Below are positions 27,436-35,172 of a DNA stretch of 64,000 nt, piece after piece. Both the position numbers and the translations under genes were made by a program. Within the stretch, counting starts at the first letter, position 1. Each line of letters opens with the position of its first letter. Where the stretch lies: NCBI GenBank assembly GCA_039584255.1, contig JBDGYE010000002.1, positions 1,917 through 65,916 on the forward strand, written 5' to 3'. The notes beneath the pieces were generated by a model, which did not search any database, was not told the DNA's origin, and was given only the letters and a program-made list of their open reading frames with translations. The DNA comes from Gemmatimonadota bacterium. GTDB lineage: Bacteria; Gemmatimonadota; Gemmatimonadetes; Palauibacterales; Palauibacteraceae.

Positions 27436-27462
27436 AAATCGCGGATGGGCCGACCGCGATTT
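27436..27462 (+). promoter_or_regulatory. Stem-loop immediately upstream of the lipB start (RBS-occluding or lpd terminator-like)
   Basis: AAATCGCGG (27436-27444), 9-nt loop, CCGCGATTT (27454-27462). The 3' arm ends 5 nt before ATG 27468. Confidence 0.35.
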
Positions 27463-27467
27463 GAAGT

Positions 27468-28238
27468 ATGACTAACACGATTCACATGGTGCCGGTCGAG
27501 GGACGCGTGCCGTACCGCGAAGGGCTCGAGTGGCAGCGCGAGCTGGCGCGGGCCAGGATCGAAGGGCGGCTCCACGCCGACTTCGTGCTTCTGCTGGAGC
27601 ACGAGCCTGTCCTCACCCTTGGGCGTGGCTCCCGCCTCGAGAACGTCGTGGCCAATCCAGATCTCCTGTCAGCTGCCGGCGTGGAGGCAGTCGAGGTGGA
27701 GCGCGGCGGCGATGTCACCTACCACGGTCCGGGCCAGATCGTCGGCTATCCCATCCTCGACCTCGGTCGTTACCGCCGTGACCTTCACTGGTACCTGCGC
27801 CAGCTCGAGGAAGTGATCATCGTCGCGCTCTCGGAGCTGGGCATCGGCGCCTTCCGGGTTACCGACTACACGGGCGTCTGGGTAGGAGACGAGGAGAGAA
27901 GGCTCCACGTGGACCGAGCGGCGGGGCGGATCCGAAAGATCGCCTCGATCGGCGTTCACGTCAGCCACTGGGTGACCTGGCACGGCTTCGCCCTGAACGT
28001 CACGCGCGAGCCCCTCCGCAACTTCGGCCTCATCGTTCCCTGCGGCATCGATGATGTCCGGATGACGAGCCTCGAGGCGGAGGGTTGTCAGGTCGATGAT
28101 ATCGTTTTGAAGGCCGCGCTCGCGTATGGCTTCGTGCGCGCATTCGAGGCCCAGGTCAGGATCGTCGATCCGATCGCCCCCGGTGATACGCCGGAGCTCG
28201 CAGACGCCGCCGCCAACCCGGAGGCTGGCCCCCGATGA
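27468..28238 (+). CDS. lipB: Lipoyl(octanoyl) transferase
   Basis: RGGDVTYHGPGQIVGYPI and IVPCGI (catalytic Cys) motifs. Confidence 0.9.
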   Translation: MTNTIHMVPVEGRVPYREGLEWQRELARARIEGRLHADFVLLLEHEPVLTLGRGSRLENVVANPDLLSAAGVEAVEVERGGDVTYHGPGQIVGYPILDLGRYRRDLHWYLRQLEEVIIVALSELGIGAFRVTDYTGVWVGDEERRLHVDRAAGRIRKIASIGVHVSHWVTWHGFALNVTREPLRNFGLIVPCGIDDVRMTSLEAEGCQVDDIVLKAALAYGFVRAFEAQVRIVDPIAPGDTPELADAAANPEAGPR

Positions 28239-28903
28239 CGACGCTATTCGACATCCTCGGGCCGAAGATGGTGGGCCCGTCCAGCTCCCACACGGCGGGC
28301 GCCTGCCGCCTCGGGTACGTCGTTCAGGCGATTCTGGGCGGCACCCCGGAGCGGGCCGAGGTAGGACTGCACGGAAGCTTCGCCATGACCGGCGAGGGAC
28401 ACGGCACCCGGCGTGCCATCGTCGGGGGGCTGCTGGGCTATCTGCCCGACGACGTCCGCCTGCGCGACAGCTTCGAGTACGCCGACGCCGCGAGCCTCGT
28501 CTACACCTTCGGCACGGTGGATCTGGGAGAGGAGGCTCACCCCAACTCCGCTGTGTTCAGGGTGCGATGGGGGGACGACTCGATATCCGTGGAGGGCTGC
28601 TCCATAGGCGGCGGCAGGATCCGGATCACCGAGATCGACGGCTTCACGGTCGACCTGTCGGGGTCGCTTCCCACGATCGTGGTCGCCGCCGACGATGTGC
28701 CGGGAACCGTGGCCGAGATCACAGGGATGATTGCTGGAAGCGGCCGGAACCTGGCCAAGATCCGAGTCGATCGGACGGGCCGGGGCGAGAAGGCGCTCAT
28801 GACGATAGAGACGGACCAGGAAGTCCCGCCGGAGCTGCTGGAGGCGCTGGAGGGCCAGACCTGGGTGCACTGGATCCACAACGTTCACCGGCTCAACGCC
28901 TGA
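28235..28903 (+). CDS. sdaAB: L-serine ammonia-lyase, iron-sulfur-dependent, beta subunit
   Basis: MTTLFDILGPKMVGPSSSHTAGA N-terminus and an ACT-like C-terminal half. ATGA overlap with lipB. Confidence 0.9.
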   Translation: MTTLFDILGPKMVGPSSSHTAGACRLGYVVQAILGGTPERAEVGLHGSFAMTGEGHGTRRAIVGGLLGYLPDDVRLRDSFEYADAASLVYTFGTVDLGEEAHPNSAVFRVRWGDDSISVEGCSIGGGRIRITEIDGFTVDLSGSLPTIVVAADDVPGTVAEITGMIAGSGRNLAKIRVDRTGRGEKALMTIETDQEVPPELLEALEGQTWVHWIHNVHRLNA

Positions 28904-28918
28904 GCGGAGTCCCGAACC

Positions 28919-29845
28919 ATGTTCCGATCCATATCCGATTGGCTCGCGTTCGCCGAGCGCGAGGGAATCGACCTCGCCGAGGCGGTGCTGCACCGCGAGG
29001 TGAAGGAGACCGATGCCGATCACGAGCAGGTGCGCCGCAGGATTGTGGAGGCGCTGGAGGTCATGCGGAGGGCGGTCGAGGACGGGCTGGGATCGGACGA
29101 AGAGAGCCCCTCGGGAATGACCGGCGGCCGCGCGCGCAGGCTGGCCGAGGATGGGACGCGCCTGGTGAGCGATGACTTCACGCTCCTGCTCGCCCGGGCG
29201 ATCGCGACGCTCGAGGTGAACGCCCGCATGGGGCTGATCATGGCAACGCCGACCGCCGGAGCGGCGGGCGTCGTGCCAGCCGTCCTTCTCACCCTCCAGG
29301 AGAGCCGGGGGTGGGACGAGGAGCGGCTGGTGGAAGCGATGCTCGTGGCCGGAGGCGTCGGCGCGGTGATCGCGGAGCGGGCCTCGATAGCGGGCGCGGG
29401 CGGAGGATGCCAGGCAGAAACGGGAAGTGCGGCCGCCATGGCTGCTGCCGCCGTGACGTGGCTGGAAGGCGGTACCGCGGAGCAGCTCGGACAGGCGATC
29501 GCTCTCACGCTGCAGGGGATGCTCGGCCTGATCTGCGACCCCGTCGCCGGCCTGGTCGAGATCCCGTGCGCCTACCGGAACGCCTCGGCGGCGGTGCATG
29601 CGGTGGCGTCCGCGGAGATGGCGCTCGCCGGCCTCGACTTTCCGATCCCTGCGGACGAGGTCATCGACGTGATGGGAGAGGTGGGCCGGAGGATGGATGT
29701 TCGGTTTCGCGAGACGGCGCTTGGCGGCCTGGCCGCGACCCCCGCGGGCAGGGAGATTGCCGAGCGCGCGGGGATGACCGAGCTTGTTCAACTCCAGCGG
29801 AAGGGCGGGCGAGGCGAAGGCTCGGCCCGGTTCGGACCGTCGTGA
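28919..29845 (+). CDS. sdaAA: L-serine ammonia-lyase, iron-sulfur-dependent, alpha subunit
   Basis: GGGCQAETGSAAAMAA and EIPCAYRNA segments are typical of SdaAA. Confidence 0.9.
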   Translation: MFRSISDWLAFAEREGIDLAEAVLHREVKETDADHEQVRRRIVEALEVMRRAVEDGLGSDEESPSGMTGGRARRLAEDGTRLVSDDFTLLLARAIATLEVNARMGLIMATPTAGAAGVVPAVLLTLQESRGWDEERLVEAMLVAGGVGAVIAERASIAGAGGGCQAETGSAAAMAAAAVTWLEGGTAEQLGQAIALTLQGMLGLICDPVAGLVEIPCAYRNASAAVHAVASAEMALAGLDFPIPADEVIDVMGEVGRRMDVRFRETALGGLAATPAGREIAERAGMTELVQLQRKGGRGEGSARFGPS

Positions 29846-29875
29846 TCCGAGCCCCCGTCAGAGAGAGGTAATGGG

Positions 29876-30025
29876 ATGGTTCTGGTGATACTGCTTGCGG
29901 TGGCGATCGCGGTGGGGGCCGTGCTGGGAGTGGTCGCGAAGATGTCGGCGAAGGAGATCCTGGCCCAGTGCGCGGTGATGTGCGCCGCAGTGCTGCTCTT
30001 CTACTCCCTGGTCGTCCTCGTCTGA
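29876..30025 (+). CDS. Candidate 49-aa hydrophobic micro-protein (below the track cutoff)
   Basis: ATG 29876 follows GAGAGAGG. MVLVILLAVAIAVGAVLGVVAKMSAKEILAQCAVMCAAVLLFYSLVVLV has two predicted TM helices. G/C-rich third positions. Confidence 0.3.
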   Translation: MVLVILLAVAIAVGAVLGVVAKMSAKEILAQCAVMCAAVLLFYSLVVLV

Positions 30026-30041
30026 ATCCTCCGGCACGCTC

Positions 30042-30584
30042 CTAGAGCCGGCGCTGGCGACGGCTGGCCGCCAGCTGGAGCCGTGCCGCTCGCCGCTCGT
30101 CGGCGTCCCTGTGCCGTCGGTACTCTTCCTGTGAGTCGATCTGCAAGCGCGGAACGGGCGTCGGTCTGCCTTCCTCGTCGATCGCGACCATCGTGACATA
30201 GCAGGAGTTCGTGTGCCGGCTCTCCTCACCGTGGACGGACTCCGCCTCCACCCGCACGCCGATCTCCATCGATGTCCGGCCTACGGTGTTCACCGAAGCG
30301 CGCAGCGTGACCACCTCGCCGATCTGGATGGGCGAGCGGAAGTCGACCTGGTCGAAGCTCGCGGTCACGGTCGGCCTTCCGCAGTGACGGGCGGCGCACA
30401 CGTAGGCAATCCGGTCCACCGCGGCCAGAATCACGCCGCCGAAGACGTTGCCCATGAGGTTCACGTCCTGGGGCGACATCAGGTTCGTCATCGTGACCTG
30501 CGAGTGGCTTACGCTGCATGCCTTGTCGAGGCCGGATCCGACTACCACAGGCAGCTCGGGAGATGTCTCTTGCATCGGCTTCAA
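30042..30584 (-). CDS. Acyl-CoA thioesterase (hotdog fold)
   Basis: NLMGNVFGGVILAAVDRIAY and a hotdog core. TTG 30584 overlaps the upstream stop by 4 nt. Alternative ATG at 30575. Confidence 0.8.
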   Translation of the reverse strand: MKPMQETSPELPVVVGSGLDKACSVSHSQVTMTNLMSPQDVNLMGNVFGGVILAAVDRIAYVCAARHCGRPTVTASFDQVDFRSPIQIGEVVTLRASVNTVGRTSMEIGVRVEAESVHGEESRHTNSCYVTMVAIDEEGRPTPVPRLQIDSQEEYRRHRDADERRAARLQLAASRRQRRL

Positions 30585-31048
30585 CCCTGCTCGGAGGATG
30601 TGGGCGCGGCCGTCTCTGTCCCCCCCGGCAAGTCATCGGCGTGCACGATCTTGCCGCCGCGGAAGGCTGAGAACCCGATGAGCGCCGCCGCGAGCGCGCC
30701 CAGGAGCAGCACGAAGCGGCGCAGGCGCCGGTCCTTCCGCTGGAACATGGCGAAGCCGGCGAAGATCCCGCAGGTGACGAGCGTCAAGGCCGCCCAGGTA
30801 GCCCACGTCCGGTGGTCCTGTACGATGGAGGGCTCGACGAAGGTTCGCGCCGAGACGTCGTCGGCGGCCGAGATACCGGTGATGTAGCTCGGGATGGCGC
30901 TCACCGCCGCCAGCAGCAGAGACAGGAGCCCATACCGCTCCAGCTCCTCCCGGCGGGCAATCCACCCGGCAATGCCCACCGCCACACCGGCGATCGAGAG
31001 CACGATCGCGAACGGATGCGTGATCAGGTGCAGATACTCCCAGCTCAC
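30581..31048 (-). CDS. Integral membrane protein (DUF2231-like?), 4 TM
   Basis: 155 aa. GTG start 5 nt after AGGAGG. Four hydrophobic helices. Confidence 0.7.
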   Translation of the reverse strand: MSWEYLHLITHPFAIVLSIAGVAVGIAGWIARREELERYGLLSLLLAAVSAIPSYITGISAADDVSARTFVEPSIVQDHRTWATWAALTLVTCGIFAGFAMFQRKDRRLRRFVLLLGALAAALIGFSAFRGGKIVHADDLPGGTETAAPTSSEQG

Positions 31049-31170
31049 GAATGCCTCCTGACACCTCTATCGTCACGACGTGGAGTCCGCACCCACGCCG
31101 TACCTTGCGCCGCCAAGATACCCGGTTCCGAGCCTCCCCACGCAAGGGGAACAGCAAGCACGCCGGAGGG

Positions 31171-31198
31171 TTGACAGGGACGATGGGTCTCTTAGAAT
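31171..31198 (+). promoter_or_regulatory. Near-consensus sigma70 promoter of tRNA-Glu
   Basis: TTGACA (31171-31176), 16-nt spacer, TAGAAT (31193-31198). The tRNA 5' end is 15 nt downstream. Confidence 0.6.
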
Positions 31199-31213
31199 AG
31201 GGGCCCTTGCAGG

Positions 31214-31286
31214 GCCCCCTTCGTCTAGTGGCCAAGGATACCTGGTTCTCAGCCAGGAGACAGGGGTTCGATTCCCCTAGGGGGTA
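31214..31286 (+). tRNA. tRNA-Glu (anticodon CUC)
   Basis: Hand-folded cloverleaf. Acceptor GCCCCCT/AGGGGGT (G1:U72 wobble). D arm GTCT-AGTGGCCAA-GGAT. Anticodon arm CCTGG-TTCTCAG-CCAGG. T arm AGGGG-TTCGATT-CCCCT. Discriminator A. CCA not encoded. Confidence 0.9.
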
Positions 31287-31290
31287 TCAG

Positions 31291-31317
31291 GCGGGCGTTC
31301 CGGGAGTGTCGGGACGC
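31291..31317. terminator. Imperfect hairpin between tRNA-Glu and the nadE 3' end
   Basis: GGGCGTTCC ... GGGACGCCC with one mismatch. No U-tract. Confidence 0.3.
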
Positions 31318-31340
31318 CCGACCGACCGAGCTTCTCACCC

Positions 31341-33116
31341 CTAGTAATCCACCGGCCGCAGATACCACTCCCCGATTGTGGTGCCCGAGAGCATCGCCAC
31401 GGTGGGCAGGTTGCGCTTCCAGTGCGTTCCCTCGAGGCGATCCCGCACGATCTTCACTTTGGCGGCGTCGAAACCGGCATCCACCAGCCAGTCCGCGAAC
31501 CGGCCGCTCAGCAGGTGGTGCAGGATGAGGTCGGCCTCGGGGTAGGAGACGCCCAGGTCTTCCTCGTCCGTCTGGCCTTTGATGAGGTCCGCCGTGGCCG
31601 GCTTGTCGACGATCTCCTCGGGCAGCCCCAGGTGCCGCGCCAGGGTCCACACCTGCGTCTTGAAGAGGTCGCCGAGCGGATTGATGGGCGGTGAATCATC
31701 TGCGTGCCAGGTGAAGTAGCCCAGTAGCCGCTCCGACTTGTTGCCGGTTCCAATCGGCAGGGCATGCAGCTTCGCGGACTGGTCGAACAGCACGATCATG
31801 CGCACTCGCGCCATCACGTTCCCGCGGCGGGTCGGGTTCGCGTCCGCCTCGTGCGCTTCGAGATATCCCTCCACCGCCTCCGAGATATCGATCGTGCGGG
31901 TCTCGATGCCCAGCTGCCGGGCCACGAGCTGCGCGTGGTCCATGCTCTCGGCGCTTGAGGTGCGATACGGCATCAGGATGCCGGTGACGTTCTCAGCGCC
32001 CAGCGCGCGGGCGCAGAGTGCCGCGGCCAGTGACGAGTCCACGCCGCCGGAGATGCCGACCACCGCACGCTCGAAGCCACGCCGGGTGCGGACCTCTTCT
32101 CTCAGGAAGCGGACGAGCCACTCGGTCACAAGCTCCGGGTCGATCTCGAGCAGCGCGGGGTCATCGGCCCTGGCGAGGGTGGCGGGGGCCGGCCTTGGTG
32201 GCGCCGTGCGCGGCCGGTCGTCGGCAGTGACCGGTCTGGCCGGGCGTCGGTGGCGGCTCTGCAGCAGACGCGGGAGGGCTCGCTCGAGGTCTGCCAGCAG
32301 CGGAGTCTCGGCCCGGGCGGCCGTCAGCTCTTCCAGGTTCAGCCCGACGTGGAGCAGAGCCTGGTCCCACAGTGGCCCCCGCTGCAGTAGCTGACCGCGC
32401 GGGTCGAAGACCATCGAGCCGCCGGCGAAGCCCTTGCCGCCCTCGAAGCCGGTGAGCTGGGAGACCGCGACGGCGAGTCCGTGCTCCTCGGCCGCCGCCT
32501 GCGCCAGCCGCTGCCAGCGGTCGATGTTGGCGGGCAGGCCGCTGCCCGGCTCAGCGCCGCGGGCGGGTGAGGCGCTCGGCACGAGGAGGATCTGCGCCCC
32601 GCCGAGGGCGGCCAGCGTGGCCGAGATCGAGTGGAACATGTCCTCGCAGATCAGGAGCGCGGCCCGCCCCCAGTGAGTGTCGAAGGCGTGGATCTCGTGC
32701 CCAGCCTCGACGAAGCGCTCCTCCTGGAAGACCCCGTACGTGGGAAGAAAGACCTTCCGGTGGACGTGGACGATCCGGGGATCGCCGTTCCCCAGCTCGG
32801 CGTACATGGCCGAGTTGTAGAGGCGATGATCGTGCACCTCGTAGAAGCCGAGAGCCGCGCCCAGCGGCCGATTCGGTCCTGGCGCAGTCTCGTATCGGCC
32901 GGCCAGCTCGCTCAGCAGATCCCGAGCGGAGAAGGCGAGCTCGCGAACCCCGCCTTCCAGGAAGTAGCCCGTTAGAGAGGTCTCGGGGAACAAGACCAGG
33001 TCGGGCGCGGGCTGCCGGGCCTTCACCGCAGCGAACACCTCCGCCATCCGGTCCAGACTGGCCCCGGGATCGCCCTTTACTGGCTGAAACTGGGCTACCG
33101 CGATCTCGAGATGCAT
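31341..33116 (-). CDS. nadE: Glutamine-dependent NAD+ synthetase (CN-hydrolase domain plus NAD synthetase domain)
   Basis: N-terminal nitrilase-like triad context (LVLFPE, HRKVFLPTYG, LLICEDMFH). C-terminal PP-loop GISGGVDSS. Start reset to ATG 33116 (MHLEIAVAQF). Confidence 0.9.
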   Translation of the reverse strand: MHLEIAVAQFQPVKGDPGASLDRMAEVFAAVKARQPAPDLVLFPETSLTGYFLEGGVRELAFSARDLLSELAGRYETAPGPNRPLGAALGFYEVHDHRLYNSAMYAELGNGDPRIVHVHRKVFLPTYGVFQEERFVEAGHEIHAFDTHWGRAALLICEDMFHSISATLAALGGAQILLVPSASPARGAEPGSGLPANIDRWQRLAQAAAEEHGLAVAVSQLTGFEGGKGFAGGSMVFDPRGQLLQRGPLWDQALLHVGLNLEELTAARAETPLLADLERALPRLLQSRHRRPARPVTADDRPRTAPPRPAPATLARADDPALLEIDPELVTEWLVRFLREEVRTRRGFERAVVGISGGVDSSLAAALCARALGAENVTGILMPYRTSSAESMDHAQLVARQLGIETRTIDISEAVEGYLEAHEADANPTRRGNVMARVRMIVLFDQSAKLHALPIGTGNKSERLLGYFTWHADDSPPINPLGDLFKTQVWTLARHLGLPEEIVDKPATADLIKGQTDEEDLGVSYPEADLILHHLLSGRFADWLVDAGFDAAKVKIVRDRLEGTHWKRNLPTVAMLSGTTIGEWYLRPVDY

Positions 33117-33240
33117 GGGCGGCGTCGACTGGAGAAACCTCTGCGACCGGTCAGGAAGAACGTCTGGCGCCGGGAAGCCGGTGTCAACGTCCCGCCCGGG
33201 GCCGTTTACCGCTGCGGCTTCGGCCTGTAAGGTACATGCC

Positions 33241-33978
33241 GTGAATCTCAGCACCATCGCCATCGTCTACTGCGTTCTTCTACTCCTGGGGCTGCCGCTG
33301 CTGGCCGCCCGGACGGGACTGCGCGAGGAGCATGCGGCCGAACTGGCCGCGGCACGCTCGACCGTGTACCTGTCGGCGGCCCTGTCCATCACGGTCCTCG
33401 CGGGGGTCACGTTCGGAGTGGCGGCGTGGCAGCGCATTTCCCCCTCCGACTTGGGCTGGCGTGTCGCGGATCCATATCCAGCTTTCGGATGGGCAGTCGG
33501 GGTAGCCGCGGCAGGCCTCGCCATCGTGTGGGGCGTCGTTCGGGTCGGCCAGAAGTTCGGGCTGCGCGAGAGCCCGCTCTCGCTCCTCATCATGCCGCGG
33601 TCGGGGCGCGAGACCCGGAACTTCCTCCTCCTGGCCGCGGTTGCGGCTGTGGGCGAGGAGTACCTGTACCGGGGGTACATGTATCATGTGCTGGCCGGCT
33701 CGGTGATGAGCGCCTGGCCGGCTGCCGCGCTCACAGCCCTGTCGTTCGGGGTGGCGCACGGTTATCAACGGGCGGTGGGGATGGTTCGCGCCACGCTGCT
33801 CGGGGGCCTGCTGGCCCTTCCGGTGGTGCTCACCGGAAGCCTGTTCCCGGCGATCGTGGCCCACTTCTGGATCAACGCGGCCGTGGGCCTGGGGGGATGG
33901 CGAAGGCTGTTTCCCGAGCTCGACGAGGAGCTGAGCTTTCTCATCGAGAATCAGAATCAGACCCGGGATGAAACCTAG
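33241..33978 (+). CDS. CPBP family intramembrane glutamic endopeptidase (CAAX protease-like)
   Basis: EEYLYRG, FGVAHG and HFWINA motifs. GTG 33241 is preferred, because track start 33115 would overlap the divergent nadE start codon. Confidence 0.75.
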   Translation: MNLSTIAIVYCVLLLLGLPLLAARTGLREEHAAELAAARSTVYLSAALSITVLAGVTFGVAAWQRISPSDLGWRVADPYPAFGWAVGVAAAGLAIVWGVVRVGQKFGLRESPLSLLIMPRSGRETRNFLLLAAVAAVGEEYLYRGYMYHVLAGSVMSAWPAAALTALSFGVAHGYQRAVGMVRATLLGGLLALPVVLTGSLFPAIVAHFWINAAVGLGGWRRLFPELDEELSFLIENQNQTRDET

Positions 33979-35103
33979 ATGACGCGAGCGACGATCACGG
34001 GGACCTTGGCCTGCCTGATGCTGGCCGGTCTGGCGGGCCCGTTATGGGCTCAGGAGGACCAGCCGGAGCTGAGGCTCGACGGACTGCTGCGCACCGGGCT
34101 ACGCCTGGAGTCCCGCGACGCCGGGGGCGTCAAGGGCTTCGAGATCTATGACGCCAGGCTCGGTCTGACGGGCAGAGTCGGAATCATCTTCGACTACGCG
34201 GTTCGCGCCGAGTACGACTTCGACGATGACAAGGTCAGGCTGCTGGATGCCTCGCTCTCGTTCCCGATCCGCGACGAGCTGCTGCGCCTGGACGCTGGGA
34301 TTCTCAAATCCTCTTCCGGCCTCGAAGCGATGCTGGACAAGGGTGAGCTCCAGTTGGTCGAGCGGGCACAGGCCGCGCTCGCTCTGTCTCCGGGGCGGCA
34401 GCTTGGCTTCGACCTTCGGGGGAGGGCATTTGAGGGCCGGTTCCGCTATTGGGGCGGGATGTTCAACGGAAACGGTCCCGCCTTCGAGAACGACGACAAC
34501 TCCTTCCTGTTTGCCTTCCGCGGCGAGTACAACACGGTGGGCGACGTGGAGTTCTTCGAGGATCTCGTCTTACAAGCGGGCGCGGACGTCGCTTTCGCCG
34601 ACGACAGCGCACTCGCCGTTCTTCCCGTGGCCACCTCGGCCGGTGCCGAAGAGAGTTCTCCCGGCGGACAGCTCATCCGGTTCGCCGAGTTCACGGGCAG
34701 CCGCGTCATCTGGGGTGCGGACCTGGCCTTCAGGTATCTCAACTACTCTCTGCTGGGTGAATACACGCGGGCGGATTACGACCCCACGGCGTCGAGCTCG
34801 GAATCGCTCGCCTCGGAGGGATACTACATCGAGGGCGGGTACACCCTGTGGGGGGCACTGGATTTTCTCGCTCGCTACGACTCTTTCAAGCCGGCGGCGG
34901 GCCTGGGGATCGTGCCGAAGCGGAACCAGTTCCTGATCTTCGGCCTCAACCTCTACCCCGGCTTCCACGCCAAGATCGGGTTCCAGTACGCCGTGGGGCT
35001 GGACGACACGCTGCTCGGCCCCTCGGAGTCGATCGATGGGACGAACACGGGCCCGGCGCTGGCCCACAAGCAGTTCCTGCTCAACATGCAGGTGGCTTTC
35101 TAG
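33979..35103 (+). CDS. Porin, phosphate-selective porin O/P-like
   Basis: Signal peptide LAGLAGPLWAQED. LRLDGLLRTG...FEIYDARLGLTG..., ends LLNMQVAF. The start abuts the CPBP stop. Confidence 0.7.
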   Translation: MTRATITGTLACLMLAGLAGPLWAQEDQPELRLDGLLRTGLRLESRDAGGVKGFEIYDARLGLTGRVGIIFDYAVRAEYDFDDDKVRLLDASLSFPIRDELLRLDAGILKSSSGLEAMLDKGELQLVERAQAALALSPGRQLGFDLRGRAFEGRFRYWGGMFNGNGPAFENDDNSFLFAFRGEYNTVGDVEFFEDLVLQAGADVAFADDSALAVLPVATSAGAEESSPGGQLIRFAEFTGSRVIWGADLAFRYLNYSLLGEYTRADYDPTASSSESLASEGYYIEGGYTLWGALDFLARYDSFKPAAGLGIVPKRNQFLIFGLNLYPGFHAKIGFQYAVGLDDTLLGPSESIDGTNTGPALAHKQFLLNMQVAF

Positions 35104-35172
35104 GGTAGATGGGCGCGGCCGCGCGGATACGCCCCGCCCGCGTCGCCTGCCTGCTTCGTGCACGTCCGAGTG

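Noticed and set aside
25860-29791. Minus-strand ORFs 25860-27119 (419 aa) and 28244-29791 (515 aa).
   Set aside because: They are antisense to lpd and to sdaAB/sdaAA, all of which carry diagnostic motifs.
31049-31340. tRNA-Glu as a possible genomic-island integration site.
   Set aside because: No integrase, no duplicated tRNA 3' segment and no compositional shift in the flanking genes (membrane protein/thioesterase and nadE look like core genes).
33115-33240. Track start 33115 for the CPBP protease.
   Set aside because: It would overlap the divergent nadE start codon and leave no promoter space. The encoded 42 residues are non-membrane and Arg/Gly/Ser-rich. GTG 33241 begins directly at the first TM helix.
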